In this document: positions 8,937 to 19,639 of the stretch, in pieces
Position numbering within the stretch: the first letter of the stretch is position 1
Layout: every line of letters starts with the position of its first letter
From: a virus
Reading direction: 5' to 3' (one strand)
Length of the DNA: 64,000 nt
IMG/VR virus record: IMGVR_UViG_3300032782_000007
Location: 9,240-73,239 of that record
Notes under the pieces: model-generated
Databases searched by the model: none
The model's input: the letters and a program-made list of their open reading frames with translations, nothing else
What the model was told of the DNA's origin: nothing
Program-made: the position numbers and the translations under genes

Positions 8937-9665
8937 ATGAACCGACGAGATCTGCTCAAGCTAGTTGGGGCGCTTCCTGTGCTCGGAATGTCGCGGACCG
9001 CTGAAGGGGCGCCGGAGGCAGCGAAGGTCCGTACGGACCTCTCGAAAGATACGTTCGTCTTAGCAGACAACGTCGAGCCGATCGCCGCAGATCCGGCGAG
9101 GGCGGCGGACCGCCTGAATGCGAACTTTGACAGGCTCGCAGCTTCGCACCCAGCCTGGTGGTCCCCTGCGGAGGAGGATCTGCAGCTGCAACGACGGATC
9201 TGCAATCGTCTGTGCAGATTGCTGATCGATCTGCGGTGTCAGTTCCTGGACGGGCACGAGGGGGAAGATCCCGCGGCGCCTTTCTACCCTCACCAGAGCC
9301 CCACATTGATTCGCGATCACGTGGTGTTCGCAACAACGGATAGTCCCTTTGCGGTCCTCAACGGCCAGGCCAAGCCTGCGTACGCGCGACGTTTGCGCGT
9401 GGCGTCGATCCCGCAGTTCCGAGGCATGCTCGACGACGTACGGGCGTACCACGGAATCGACGTGGACTATGAAATCGTCAGCGGTGTGGCCTCGCAGACT
9501 GCGCTTGAGGTGTGCGCAGAGATTCGCAAAGACTGGGAGCGCGGTGTGAAGACGCGAGTCTACGCTCTCTACATGGGTCCGTTCGTTCAAGGAGTGGACC
9601 CGGAGGTTGCAAAAGAGTTCTCCGTAGAGCGCCGATCGATGATCCGGTACGCGAAGTTCACATGA
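8937..9665 (+). CDS. Truncated major-capsid paralogue with twin-arginine signal-like N-terminus
   Basis: N-terminus MNRRDLLKLVGALPVLGM..AEGA; ARRLRV..DDVRAYHGIDVDYEIVSGVASQTALEV and IRYAK align with capsid PRRLKA..EDLRAFHGIDAETEMVSAVAQDIALEI and TRYAK. Confidence 0.8.
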   Translation: MNRRDLLKLVGALPVLGMSRTAEGAPEAAKVRTDLSKDTFVLADNVEPIAADPARAADRLNANFDRLAASHPAWWSPAEEDLQLQRRICNRLCRLLIDLRCQFLDGHEGEDPAAPFYPHQSPTLIRDHVVFATTDSPFAVLNGQAKPAYARRLRVASIPQFRGMLDDVRAYHGIDVDYEIVSGVASQTALEVCAEIRKDWERGVKTRVYALYMGPFVQGVDPEVAKEFSVERRSMIRYAKFT

Positions 9666-12600
9666 AGAACAAGCTGACCGGAGAGCTACAGAAGATGCGC
9701 GAGATGACCGATCTCATCGAGGAGGCACGCAAGCGTGGCCCGATGAGCGACGCAGAGCGCCGTGAGCAAGCGGCATCGTTCGCGTTCGGAAATCTCGCGC
9801 TCACCTCCCAGTGGAGGGACGCAACGCACGAGGAGTTGAAAGTACTTCGTGAGCGCTGCCGTCGGGCCGCGGGGTGCGAAGGAACCGCCTGTAAGCTGCC
9901 TCCTGCGGGTTGGCGGTGTTCGCGCGAGCCAGGCCACGAGGGTCCGTGTGCGGCCCGTCCTGGTTCTGCGTCCGAACCAAGCAGCGCGCCCACGCACCCG
10001 CCGTCGGACGGTCCGAACGGGTTTCGTGGTTGTCAGCGCTGCGAATGAGGGGATCCATGACTACGCGTTGTGTCCGTAAAGGCGAAGAAGCCGCGAATAT
10101 GGAGCGGGCCGCGACAGAGGCGCGCAAAGAAGAGCGACGGATGGTGGTGAACTTCCTCTATTCGTTCAATGCGCCTGAACTGGCCGAACGGATTGCGGCG
10201 GGCGAGCATACGGACGAACTAGACCCGAGGTAGATCATGTGGAATCCATTTCGAGTCAACGCGCCTCCTCCGCCCGAGCCGTCTGAGCCGGCGCCCCCGC
10301 CTCCTCCTCCGCCTCCTCCGTTCAATGCAAAGAGCAAGTGTCCGAAGTGCGGTAGCGGAAGCGGTTACACACGCTTCGTTGAAAGCAAAAACTTGATGAA
10401 CAGGGTGTGCATGGATTGCACCGCCCACTGGTGGGAAACGCCGCTCGATCGCGCCACCTAGGAAGAACGCACATGGACGCAAAAACCGGACAAATCTATC
10501 TCAACGTAAGCAAAGAAGAGGCCAAGAAGAGAGGCCTGGTCCCGATTCCCGCCGATCAAGCGGAGAAGGTGATCAACATGAATCGGCGCGAGCGTCGAGC
10601 GTGGGCGGCGCAGCAGCGTCGGGCGAAGAAGTAGGCTCCGATGGGTGCAAGTTTCTTCTCCGAAAGAGGACTGGGCAAGACGGCTGAGATCGCGTTCGAG
10701 CAGCTTGTTGAAGAGGCTCGGTTCGATTTCGGACACGCAGGGTATACAGGCACGATCGCGGAGAAAACCGAGTTCAAGATGATCGAGTGCCCCAAAGGGT
10801 GGGACCCCGAGGACTGGATCGAGGAGGACGAGGCACTGGCGCAGGTCGAGGACAAGTGGGGCCCTGCCGGTTGTATCGATCTCGGCGGCGGGGAATGGCT
10901 TTTCTTTGGGTTCGCGTCCTCGTAAGCTTAGAAGCAGAATGAATGAGGATTGCAAACACGCACGCGTAGCGCCAGAAGTGTGCGATCAGACTCTCGGCGT
11001 GTACTGCCTGGACTGCAACGAGGGGCTTGTCGTGTGCTGGATGAAAGAGCATATTCCCGAGTCGCTGTGGAATCGTGCGTGTACGAACGACGTAGACGCG
11101 GTTCCGTGCGAGCGTGACCGGGACAATTACTGCGCTATCTGCGGGGAAGAGTTCTCCTTATGAGCAGGAAACCCGATCCCCAAAAGGCCCCTGCGTTCGT
11201 CTCATGCTCCTGTTACGAGGAACGAGGAGAGCGCGTTGAGTGCCAGTCCTGCTACGAGGAGCGGCAGCTCGAGGCAGAGTCATACACAGAGGAGCTGGAC
11301 GAAGACCAGCGCACCCCGGAGGTTCGCATAGAGAAGGTGCTCGCCTGGGCAGGCTTTCGCAGCACCGAAACGAACCACGAAGCGATACAGAAGGTGGCGC
11401 GGGCGATCCATGACGACGCCTACCGGGCGGGCCAGCACTCGCGCCGGCGCCGAGCGACGAACCGAAGCTCTCCGTACCAACCGAAAAAGCTGCCACGGAT
11501 CTAAAGGTCCGGAGAACCCGCCGCGCGATGCATCCCTATCGAGAGCTTCCGCCGACCCACCTCTACCTGGTGAGTTACAAACGAAGTCTTTCGTTTGCAG
11601 CTCCGTACAACGTGATGCGATGCGAGAGACTTGTCTGGGCTCGAGACGACCCTGATGCTCTAACGCAAGTCATCGCAGATGGCGCGGAAGACGTCAGCTG
11701 CGTGACTGTCAGGAAAATGCGATGAAGTATGACGTACCGCGAGACAAAAATGGGGTCAAGCTTGAGGTGGGGGATCGCGTTGAGGACGTGAACGACGCGT
11801 GGCCGCACCGGACCAGATACGGAACGATCCTTCTCGTCTACGAGGACTGCGCCGGAGTAATCGACTGTCGGGTTCTTTGGGACGAGGCCGCTGAGTACAC
11901 GCCGATTCACGGAAGTGCTGTTAGGAGACTGCCTCCGCCAAATCGCTTGATTCGGACGCTCGCGCGGATCGGACTTGTGACGGTCCGGAGTAACCGGACG
12001 GTACGTTGGCCCTTTTACGTAGCCCCGCGCTGGATGTGGGGTCCTTTGTGGCGTCTAGAACCGGTGTTCGGACTCTTCCGTAACAGGCCGGACGTCATGA
12101 AATGGATTCCTGGGCGTCTTCTCCCGCTCCGATGGGGATTCCGGTGCTGGATCTTCGAGGTGGGGGATCGAGGGTCGGCTCAGTGGTCGCGTCGGGATCA
12201 ACGGCTCGTGATCTGATAAAATGTTACCGATGAACGACGACTACGAGGATCCACAGGCCTGTAGTGATCCCTCGATGATCCTGACGCCCGAAGAGTGTCT
12301 GGCACTAATCGAGTCGCGCCCAGCAGCATCGCGCGCTCTAGGCCGTTACGAGGGGTTCGCGATGGCCTCGGGGCTTATAGGGATGGCTCTGGCGATCCGG
12401 GAGCTGTACACGTGGGCCGACGATCCGAGCGCGGACGCCCCGTGTCCGGACTGTCACGCGCCCGAGGGTAAGGCCTGTCGCAATTGGTGTACGTTCACAG
12501 GGTGACCCATGCAGGTAGAGATGTCGCTGGCAGAGCTACTGATGAACGCCATTGGTGCGGGCCACGTACACGGCGTGCAGTTCAAGCGCGGGGCCAGCGA

Positions 12601-13381
12601 CGACAGGAAGACCTTCGAGGACCTGCAGCGGGTGATCAGCAAACGTCTCGACGGGGCACGAACGGTCGCAGTCGAGGAGGCGCTTCGCGAGCTACACGAG
12701 AAGCATCCCCCGTTTCGACTGCTCGCGGAGGTTCGCCGCCTACGTAAGGCGCTTCTCCAAATCCCGACAGGCCTAGCGTGCCGGCTTTGCGGAAGGATGC
12801 CTACTCATGCAGTCACGCTCTGCGAGAGCCGCATGCTCTGCGAGAGCTGCATCGACGATTTGACTGAGATCGGAAGTGGCGGCAAGTGACAATCGGCCGC
12901 CAACTGTGGTAACGAAAGAAGGATGTTCGATCCGACAATCGAGGCCGCGCTGCATAAGCTCTACGAGAAGGTTGTTCTCACGGACGAAGACTGGGAACGG
13001 CTTGGAGTGGAGATGCGTACTGAGGGCGCAGGCGCAGTATCCGCGCGCATTGACCGACTTGTGACGGCGTTCACGGCTGTCAATGCGCCTCCGATTCCGG
13101 GCCTAAAGCCCTCTTTAGCCGCGGTTATCGAGTATGACCGCGTGACTCGGCTGGAAGCCCAAACGGCTGTCTATAAGAGCGAGAAACAAGCGTTCGAAGA
13201 CTGGTCGAACACATTCCAGAATGAGAACGTAATCGACGCTCCCTGGGAAGCCAACCGGATGGGATTGTTGATTGCGTGGCAGCTTTCGCGTCTCAACAAG
13301 AACCTCGAAGATCTCAAGAACATACTCGATCTCCGCTGGGAAGCTAACCGGATGCTCGAGATCATGCGAGAGCCGAAATGA
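9662..13381 (+). other. Run of small, closely packed hypothetical genes (9662-10048, 10057-10233, 10237-10461, 10473-10634, 10641-10925, 10939-11163, 11160-11504, 11528-11725, 11722-12216, 12221-12505, 12509-12889, 12923-13381)
   Basis: Abutting or overlapping start/stop codons on +; several CxxC zinc-finger motifs; no recognisable families. Confidence 0.55.
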
Positions 13382-13746
13382 GCGCCGGACGGCCTTCTAT
13401 GGGCGAGCGCGCCTTTCGCGCAACTATCGTGGTTCCAGTACGATACGAACAGCGCGAACGAGCGATGGCTTTGGCGGCCACTCACGGGCTCTCTGTGGCG
13501 CAGGTAATGCGAATTGCCCTTGAGACACTGACCGAGCAGAAATTGGAACAAGCGCTGAAGACTTTCTCCGCGGCGGAGAAACTTAGGCGATCCGATGAGC
13601 GATCGAAAACTGTATCTGTTCGAGAGCGGGAATCCCGACTGGGTCGTCGCGTACGACGTCGAAGACGCTCGCAACCTCTACTGCGCGCACCTCGGCGAGG
13701 ACGTCGACGACTACGACGTTCACGAGTGGAAGCAGCTCGCGGATGA
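13378..13746 (+). CDS. Ribbon-helix-helix-like DNA-binding protein
   Basis: GRP motif then ATIVVPV...ERAMALAATHGLSVAQVMRIALE; 3' part overlaps the next gene. Confidence 0.5.
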   Translation: MSAGRPSMGERAFRATIVVPVRYEQRERAMALAATHGLSVAQVMRIALETLTEQKLEQALKTFSAAEKLRRSDERSKTVSVRERESRLGRRVRRRRRSQPLLRAPRRGRRRLRRSRVEAARG

Positions 13747-13882
13747 TAAGGCCGCCCTGTACTGGTTGGATCCGGAGACGGGAACGCTTACCGACGAGTA
13801 TGACGGGGTCCTCACCACGTTGACCGCGCGCGAGGTGGTTGAACGATTCGGGCGCGGCTTCGTGGCGTCGGTAGACTTCTAA
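13595..13882 (+). CDS. Hypothetical acidic protein
   Basis: 95-aa ORF with phage-like composition (DWVVAYDVEDA). Confidence 0.55.
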   Translation: MSDRKLYLFESGNPDWVVAYDVEDARNLYCAHLGEDVDDYDVHEWKQLADDKAALYWLDPETGTLTDEYDGVLTTLTAREVVERFGRGFVASVDF

Positions 13883-13885
13883 GAG

Positions 13886-13914
13886 TTGACACTCCGTGCG
13901 GGCGCTGGTAGAAC
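13886..13914 (+). promoter_or_regulatory. Sigma70-type promoter
   Basis: TTGACA, 17 nt, (TGn)TAGAAC; predicted start ~13921. Confidence 0.55.
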
Positions 13915-13925
13915 CGATTATGGGA

Positions 13926-14076
13926 TTCTTGGGTCCCTGAGAGGGTTTGGGCGCGCCATCACCGCGTCTGAGACGCCTTCCGAAGCGGGTTGATGCTCGT
14001 GCCGGGACCAAGAAGGACCTGTTTCTTTTGGTGGCGCTGCCAGGATCGGGTGATGGCCGAGCTGGTGGTGCCCGAA
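13926..14076 (+). ncRNA. Structured tRNA-like leader RNA with internal antisense target
   Basis: Closing helix 13926-13937/14004-14014; hairpins 13964-13976 and 13985-14000; 13946-13963 complementary to 14049-14057 plus 14068-14076. Confidence 0.55.
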
Positions 14077-14086
14077 AGAAGCACGA

Positions 14087-14764
14087 ATGGTCAACAAGAA
14101 GAAAAAGAAGGCCCGCGATCTGTCTAAAAAGTCCGGGATGTCCTACCAGGCGGCGGTGAATGCCTTGGACGCGAAGTCCCCGGCAAGGGAACCGAACCCT
14201 CCGATCTCGGCGGCCATACCCATTTTGTGGGGGCCTCCGCTTCCACACGAAGAACTGGAGAGACGAGCGCTCGATCTTCGAACGTTAGATGAGGTCTTGG
14301 CTGACGAAGATAATATCATCGAACAGCGCCGTCCAGGCGCTAGAGCCGACGTCGAGGGGGGTGCGCTGCGGTTGGCCTCAGATATTGGAAAAGCATGGGA
14401 TGAGCGGCACGTCCGGAAGCTTCGCGCAGAAGTGCTCCAAGGGGAAAAGGCACTAGAGTTGGTATGCCACGGTCGGCCCACCAGCACGCTAGTCGCGACC
14501 TTTTTCCGAGGCTCGGCTCGCGATCCTCTTCTTCTCCAGGACGAAAAGCGAACCTACGTCGCCCTGGAAGTCCTTCCAGAAATGCTGAGGCGCGCTGTAG
14601 AGAGCGAGATCGGTTCGCAGAGACGTAGCCGCGAAGATCGAACACTTCAGTGGGTGGAGAAAGAACTACTAGGGCGCCAGCTCATACTTCCAGAGGTGGA
14701 AGTAGGAAATCTCGAGAAGGCCGTACCGACGTACCTTTCGGCCTGGGCGAAAGACCCGGAGTAG
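14087..14764 (+). CDS. Hypothetical protein with basic N-terminal helical hairpin (KKKARDLSKKSGMSYQAAVNAL)
   Basis: 225-aa ORF downstream of the structured leader. Confidence 0.6.
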   Translation: MVNKKKKKARDLSKKSGMSYQAAVNALDAKSPAREPNPPISAAIPILWGPPLPHEELERRALDLRTLDEVLADEDNIIEQRRPGARADVEGGALRLASDIGKAWDERHVRKLRAEVLQGEKALELVCHGRPTSTLVATFFRGSARDPLLLQDEKRTYVALEVLPEMLRRAVESEIGSQRRSREDRTLQWVEKELLGRQLILPEVEVGNLEKAVPTYLSAWAKDPE

Positions 14765-14811
14765 GCGGCCTTGCGTTGCAAAGCCAGTTTCATGCGTGAT
14801 ACACTCGACGC

Positions 14812-16774
14812 ATGTCTCGAGAAATCCGTTTGGAACTGGTTTTGCGCGCTCGAACCGAGGAGGGCAAGCCTCTAACGGTTGCTGAGGCCGCGCTCCCTCT
14901 GACCCTGCGCGCGCCACAAGCAGGCCCTGCGCAGACGAAGGGCGACGGTGAAGCGGATTTGGCCGGCGCGATCGAGGCTGCGCTCGCAGAGGTTTCTGCG
15001 GCGGCTCTTGCGGGACCGTTGATTCGCAGTCTCCGTGTGAATGGGGGCGCGAGCGAGATCACGCGTAGTGGGCGAACGGTTTTCTACGTCGACGTGGGAG
15101 ACATGGAGCCTGGCGAGGCGTCCCGTTACGTCGAGAGTGTCAGGGACGCGCTTGTTCTGCGCGACGGTGAGGTCATTCAAGCAACGAGGTCCAAGTGAGC
15201 AAGATTATCCGTACGTATCGTCTTCCGCTCCCCGTGTTCAAGCAGGGCGACGATCTTGCGTACAAGATCAAGGTCAACAATGGCAACCTGGCAGAAGCCT
15301 TTCGAGATCAGGCGGACGCTTACCAGGACGCCTCGGAGATCTGTCGTAAGCTCGCAGGGGTGTGCGCGGAGACACCGGGCATGGATGTGATCGCGGACTG
15401 CCACATGGTTCAGATCGACGGGCCTCCGGAGACGCTGGCGGTGCTCGCAAAAGACGGCTTCGTTGAGATTGAGGAGTTCGACGATGACTGGGACGAGGAT
15501 TCTGAGGACGGTCTGGATCCTGATGACGACGGGCTCGACGTCTGATGAAGCAGTGCGAGTGGTTTACTAGTCCCACGGATCGCTGCCCGAATCCCGCAGT
15601 AGAACGCTGGTCGCGGAAGGGCGATCTGGACTCGGTGGTGGCCGCGGAGAAGCACTGGTGCGGCGATCACAGTCTGGACTCGAAAGCTCGTGCGGAGTGG
15701 TGGGAGCGCGTGAGTACGCTTGCGATCGGACATCTTGCGAATCGGTCGCAGGTGCTGACGAACTTCGATGTTCAGGCCATCGACGAGTAAGCGGTTATCT
15801 GGTAGGTTAGGCGTGAATGTCTGAGGGAATTCTCGATGTTTTGCAGGAGCTGAAACAGCTCGGGGCGATTGGCCCTGCGCCCGCGCCCTCGCCTGCGCCG
15901 ATCCCGCCTTCGCCGCCTTCGCCGCCAGAGCCGCCGAAAGAAGATACACGCGGTCCGCACATGATCGAGCTGTGCGAACGGGCGATGGCGACCCTTCAGA
16001 AAATGGGGCGCGCGCAGGAAGAGGGTCAACGAGATCTCTTTGCGGTATTCGAGGAGATGCGCGATCTCTGGGCGGACATCGCAACGGCCGCGCCGACTGA
16101 AACGGTTACCGTGGACGTCGAGGAGTCGAAGGCGAAAGGTCCGCACGGACTTTCACCGCCAGTTGAAACCTCGGCGACGGAGATCGCGATCCCGGTTGTA
16201 GAGGGACCGATCGAGGTTCCCCAGCAAATCGAGCAGGTCATGCGCGGGCTCGCGCCCGAGGTGTCTGCGATCGACGAGCTTCTGGTGAAGATGCAGCAAG
16301 AGGGGCACAAGTTCCCTCGTTTGGAGACAATCGAAGATGACGAAGAGCTTTATCCGGAACCCGGCAGTGTCGGAGGTGGTACTCCCTGGCGTGGGGAAAG
16401 TCCGCAACCAGGTCCTAACGGGCCAGCAGTACGAGAAGTACGTGCCGAAGTTCCTCATCGAGGTCCCGGAGTCTCAGGCGACTCCGTTGGAGCAGACAGC
16501 GCCCTCGCACGCGCCGCAGCCGCTCACCGAGCCCGCACCGATGCCCCAGCCGCTCCCGGAGGAGCAGCGGAAGAAACCGGAACCGCTCACTGAGGTGATG
16601 CCGCTAGGCGACCCGCCCGGGCCAGAACCGCTCGTCGAAGGGTGGACCGATCGCGGATTCGGCGCGCTTCCCCCGGAGGCAGCGCCAGACGCTGTCAGCT
16701 TGGAAAGCAAAGCGGTATCCGAGTCGAAGGGTGCCGACAAGGCGAAGTCCAAGTCAAAGGGCAAAGGGGCCTGA
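14812..16774 (+). other. Hypothetical genes 14812-15198, 15195-15545, 15545-15790, 15817-16593, 16337-16774
   Basis: Coupled ORFs; TTGCAA-18-TACACT promoter 6 nt before ATG 14812. Confidence 0.5.
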
Positions 16775-16952
16775 TGTTTCGACGCGAAGACGATTTCATC
16801 TGCGGGAAGTTTACACCGGAGACTGCGGACACTCCGGACTTGGCGTTGCGGCTTGTACGGCCGATCGCGTACTTTACCGCTCTAGGCTTGACGGGGACGA
16901 GGGTGTTCGGGCTCGAGTCCATGTCTGCCGAACCTACTGACGTTGCGGAGTA

Positions 16953-17276
16953 ATGAGCCGTCCCAAAAATGGCATGTCCCCTATCCACCCAGGGGAACTG
17001 CTTCGAGAGGACTTCCTCGTCCCCCTCAACCTGAGCGCGAGGAGACTCGCGCTCGCGCTCGGGGTCCCACCGAACCGCGTCACCTCGATTCTAAACGAGG
17101 AGCGCGACATTACGGCCGACACGGCCCTCCGCCTCGCTCGCGTCCTCGGCACCTCGGCTGAATTCTGGATGAACCTACAGAAGACGTTCGAGCTTCGCAC
17201 CGCGGAGCGTGTCCTCGCAAGGAAGTTGACGAAACTCAAGCCATTAAGTTTGCTGTCCATGCATTCAAAGGGATAG
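16953..17276 (+). CDS. higA: HigA-family antitoxin (HTH)
   Basis: PIHPGELLREDFLVPLNLS...LALALGVPPNRVTSILNEERDITADTALRLARVLGTSAEFWMNLQ. Confidence 0.92.
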   Translation: MSRPKNGMSPIHPGELLREDFLVPLNLSARRLALALGVPPNRVTSILNEERDITADTALRLARVLGTSAEFWMNLQKTFELRTAERVLARKLTKLKPLSLLSMHSKG

Positions 17277-17280
17277 AACG

Positions 17281-17801
17281 ATGCCGCACTACGCAGATGG
17301 AACTCCCGCCAAGGTTGGCGATCAGGTTTTCGGACAGTTCTTCAACACGCCTGGTGTTCGAGCGGGGACGATTATCTCGATCACGCCTGGACACGAGCAG
17401 TGCAACGCGATGATTCAGTTCACCGAAGCTGTGATGTGCCCTGAGGGCGGCAGCATCGACCACACGATGTTTCCACGAATGGCGATTCGTGACGATCTTG
17501 GAGTGCCTCTCCAACGAGTGGTGCGAGGAGAGGCGCACGGAGCTTCAGGGCCGACGTACGCTCTATTTGCCTGCGCCGACTACTGCGACACGAACAAGCT
17601 GACTCGACTCGCCTAATGTGCGAGGAGGTCGGATGCGCACTTGAGGCGTATCGCACGCTGCGAACACAACTCCGGGAGTTGCTTGCGGATGGCGGAGCAG
17701 ATTCCGAGGCCGAAGAAGATCTGTTGAATCAGCTGGATATCGCCTGGTGGGCGATGACTATCCAGAACCGAGAACTGCTAGAAAAAGAGGCCCCGGTCTA
17801 A
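17281..17801 (+). other. Two hypothetical genes (17281-17616, 17616-17801)
   Basis: Coupled ORFs following higA. Confidence 0.5.
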
Positions 17802-17854
17802 ACAGATCGGCCGAGGTTGGGGCGTATTTCGCGGTACCCTAAAGGGAGCCGAAT

Positions 17855-18589
17855 ATGCCCACCTCGCAAAACAGTTTGATGACGGCGGAGCAGATCCAGC
17901 AGTGGGTGCTTCGACGCCTCGGCGGCTCGTTTCTCAAGGTAGAACTATCCCAGGACGAGCTGGACGACGCCATTGAAGGCGCCCGTAGATGGTTCAGCGC
18001 GCGAAAAGGCGTGAAGAGGCAGGCGTACGTGCCGTTTTACTCCGGCCAGACCACGTACACTCTCGACCCTCAAATAGACGTAGTGCTCGACGTGAGCTTC
18101 CCGGTTCCGTCGATGGACATCTCGCTCATCTTCTCTCCGTACATCCTGCAGGACGAGAAGATCCCGTACGACGTCTTCGCGGCGCCGTCCTCGATGGGTC
18201 TCTACTCGACGTACACGCAGACCATGCAGTACATCGACGAGGCCAAGCGGATCCTCAACGCAGAGCCTGATTGGCGGCAGGAGGATCGCACTCTGTACAT
18301 TTTCCCGATCCCCAAGACGAACGGGAACATGCTTCTCGACTACAAGAGCTTCGATTTCACGATCGAGCAGCTAAGCGAACGCGATCACGACCTTGTAAAG
18401 CGCTACGCGCTAGCATGGGCCAAACGGGACGTGGGTCGTATCCGCAGCAGGTACGCGAGTTATCCCGGCGCACAGGGCCAGACCGAATTGGACGGGGATA
18501 AGCTCCTCGAAGAGGCAAAAGAGGAGATGGAGCTGCTCGACAAGGAGATCGCGTGGAGCGCGATGCCGAGCGGGTTCCTCACGGGCTAA
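17855..18589 (+). CDS. Neck / head-tail adaptor (T4 gp13-like)
   Basis: LRRLGG..LKVELS.DELDDAI, VKRYALAWAK...GRIRS, LDGD.LLEEA motifs. Confidence 0.85.
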   Translation: MPTSQNSLMTAEQIQQWVLRRLGGSFLKVELSQDELDDAIEGARRWFSARKGVKRQAYVPFYSGQTTYTLDPQIDVVLDVSFPVPSMDISLIFSPYILQDEKIPYDVFAAPSSMGLYSTYTQTMQYIDEAKRILNAEPDWRQEDRTLYIFPIPKTNGNMLLDYKSFDFTIEQLSERDHDLVKRYALAWAKRDVGRIRSRYASYPGAQGQTELDGDKLLEEAKEEMELLDKEIAWSAMPSGFLTG

Positions 18590-19188
18590 TGCCGCGCAAG
18601 ATCACCCCCATCAAGCCGCCTAGGATCCCACAACCGTCGGATCCCACGGACGGCAAACCTCTTTTCCGGCTGGATGCGTCGGAGGCCTTCATGTTCGACC
18701 TCTACGCGCAGGAGCCGATTCAGATCGCAGGAACGGATTGCACGCTGTTTCAGCGAAGCCGGACAAAGTCGACTATCGACCCCTACTACCGTGAGCCAGT
18801 CTCGCTGGTATTCGACGGGCCCTTTGCACTCCGCGCGCATGTCGAGTGGCCCGAAGAGAATCCAGAGGCGTCCGAGGAAGGCCTTAGGCACGTCTGGCCG
18901 AGCGCGATCTGGGTACCTAGGAAGACAATCGAAGACGTCCGGGCCAACCAGCCCACCGAGGGGGACATTGTTCACTTCTGGCGGCTCCCCTTTTTCGACA
19001 AGAACGCGGTTCAGCAGCTCCAGACGAAAACCGGCGGGTTCTTCTTCGACGTGATCAAAGTCAACGATGACGGTCACATCCATGATACTGCTCACTTTGT
19101 CGGGTTTCGGTGCAGCCTGAAGCGTCGTTCGAACGCTCCGCCCGAGTTGAACTTCAACATCCCAAAGCCGGAAGACGATGCCTGCTGA
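18589..19188 (+). CDS. Neck / head closure protein (gp14-like)
   Basis: Follows gp13-like gene; DPYYRE and PTEGDIV motifs. Confidence 0.65.
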   Translation: MPRKITPIKPPRIPQPSDPTDGKPLFRLDASEAFMFDLYAQEPIQIAGTDCTLFQRSRTKSTIDPYYREPVSLVFDGPFALRAHVEWPEENPEASEEGLRHVWPSAIWVPRKTIEDVRANQPTEGDIVHFWRLPFFDKNAVQQLQTKTGGFFFDVIKVNDDGHIHDTAHFVGFRCSLKRRSNAPPELNFNIPKPEDDAC

Positions 19189-19639
19189 GATCGACATTCG
19201 CGTCGCCATGGGGACCGGGGTCAGTGCGGTATGCGCCACGTGCAAACGGTTTTGGGAGGGACGCGCCCAAGGTCTTGAGACGTGCACGGCGGGCGAAGAC
19301 TGTGGTTCGCCGATTGTGGGCGACACGTTTCATCTCTACGAGGGCCCCATTACGGACTTCCTTCGGTTCTGCTTCGTATGCGGCGGTAAGCCGAAGAAGG
19401 CGATTCGAGTCCACGGACACGCGCGCCTCATTGGAGCCTGCGAGGAGCACGCGGGGTGGACGGCGCAGCTCGCGCCGCGACGGAATCCGCGTCTACCGCT
19501 CGCACCCCGAACGGTTACGGACGGGCGAACGGAAGAGGACGTTTCGACGCTGATCCCGAAGCCAAAAAAGACTCTAGGGGCGGCAATGGCCCAGATGGAG
19601 GCAGGGACCTTCGTTCCCGACGAGGTCAAGTCGAAATGA
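19178..19639 (+). CDS. Cys-rich hypothetical protein in neck module
   Basis: CATC, CFVC and CEEH motifs. Confidence 0.55.
   Translation: MPAEIDIRVAMGTGVSAVCATCKRFWEGRAQGLETCTAGEDCGSPIVGDTFHLYEGPITDFLRFCFVCGGKPKKAIRVHGHARLIGACEEHAGWTAQLAPRRNPRLPLAPRTVTDGRTEEDVSTLIPKPKKTLGAAMAQMEAGTFVPDEVKSK

Noticed and set aside
13932-14010. Canonical tRNA gene ending in CCA
   Set aside because: No D-arm, no 7-nt anticodon loop and no TTC in the T-loop; kept as a tRNA-like leader instead.
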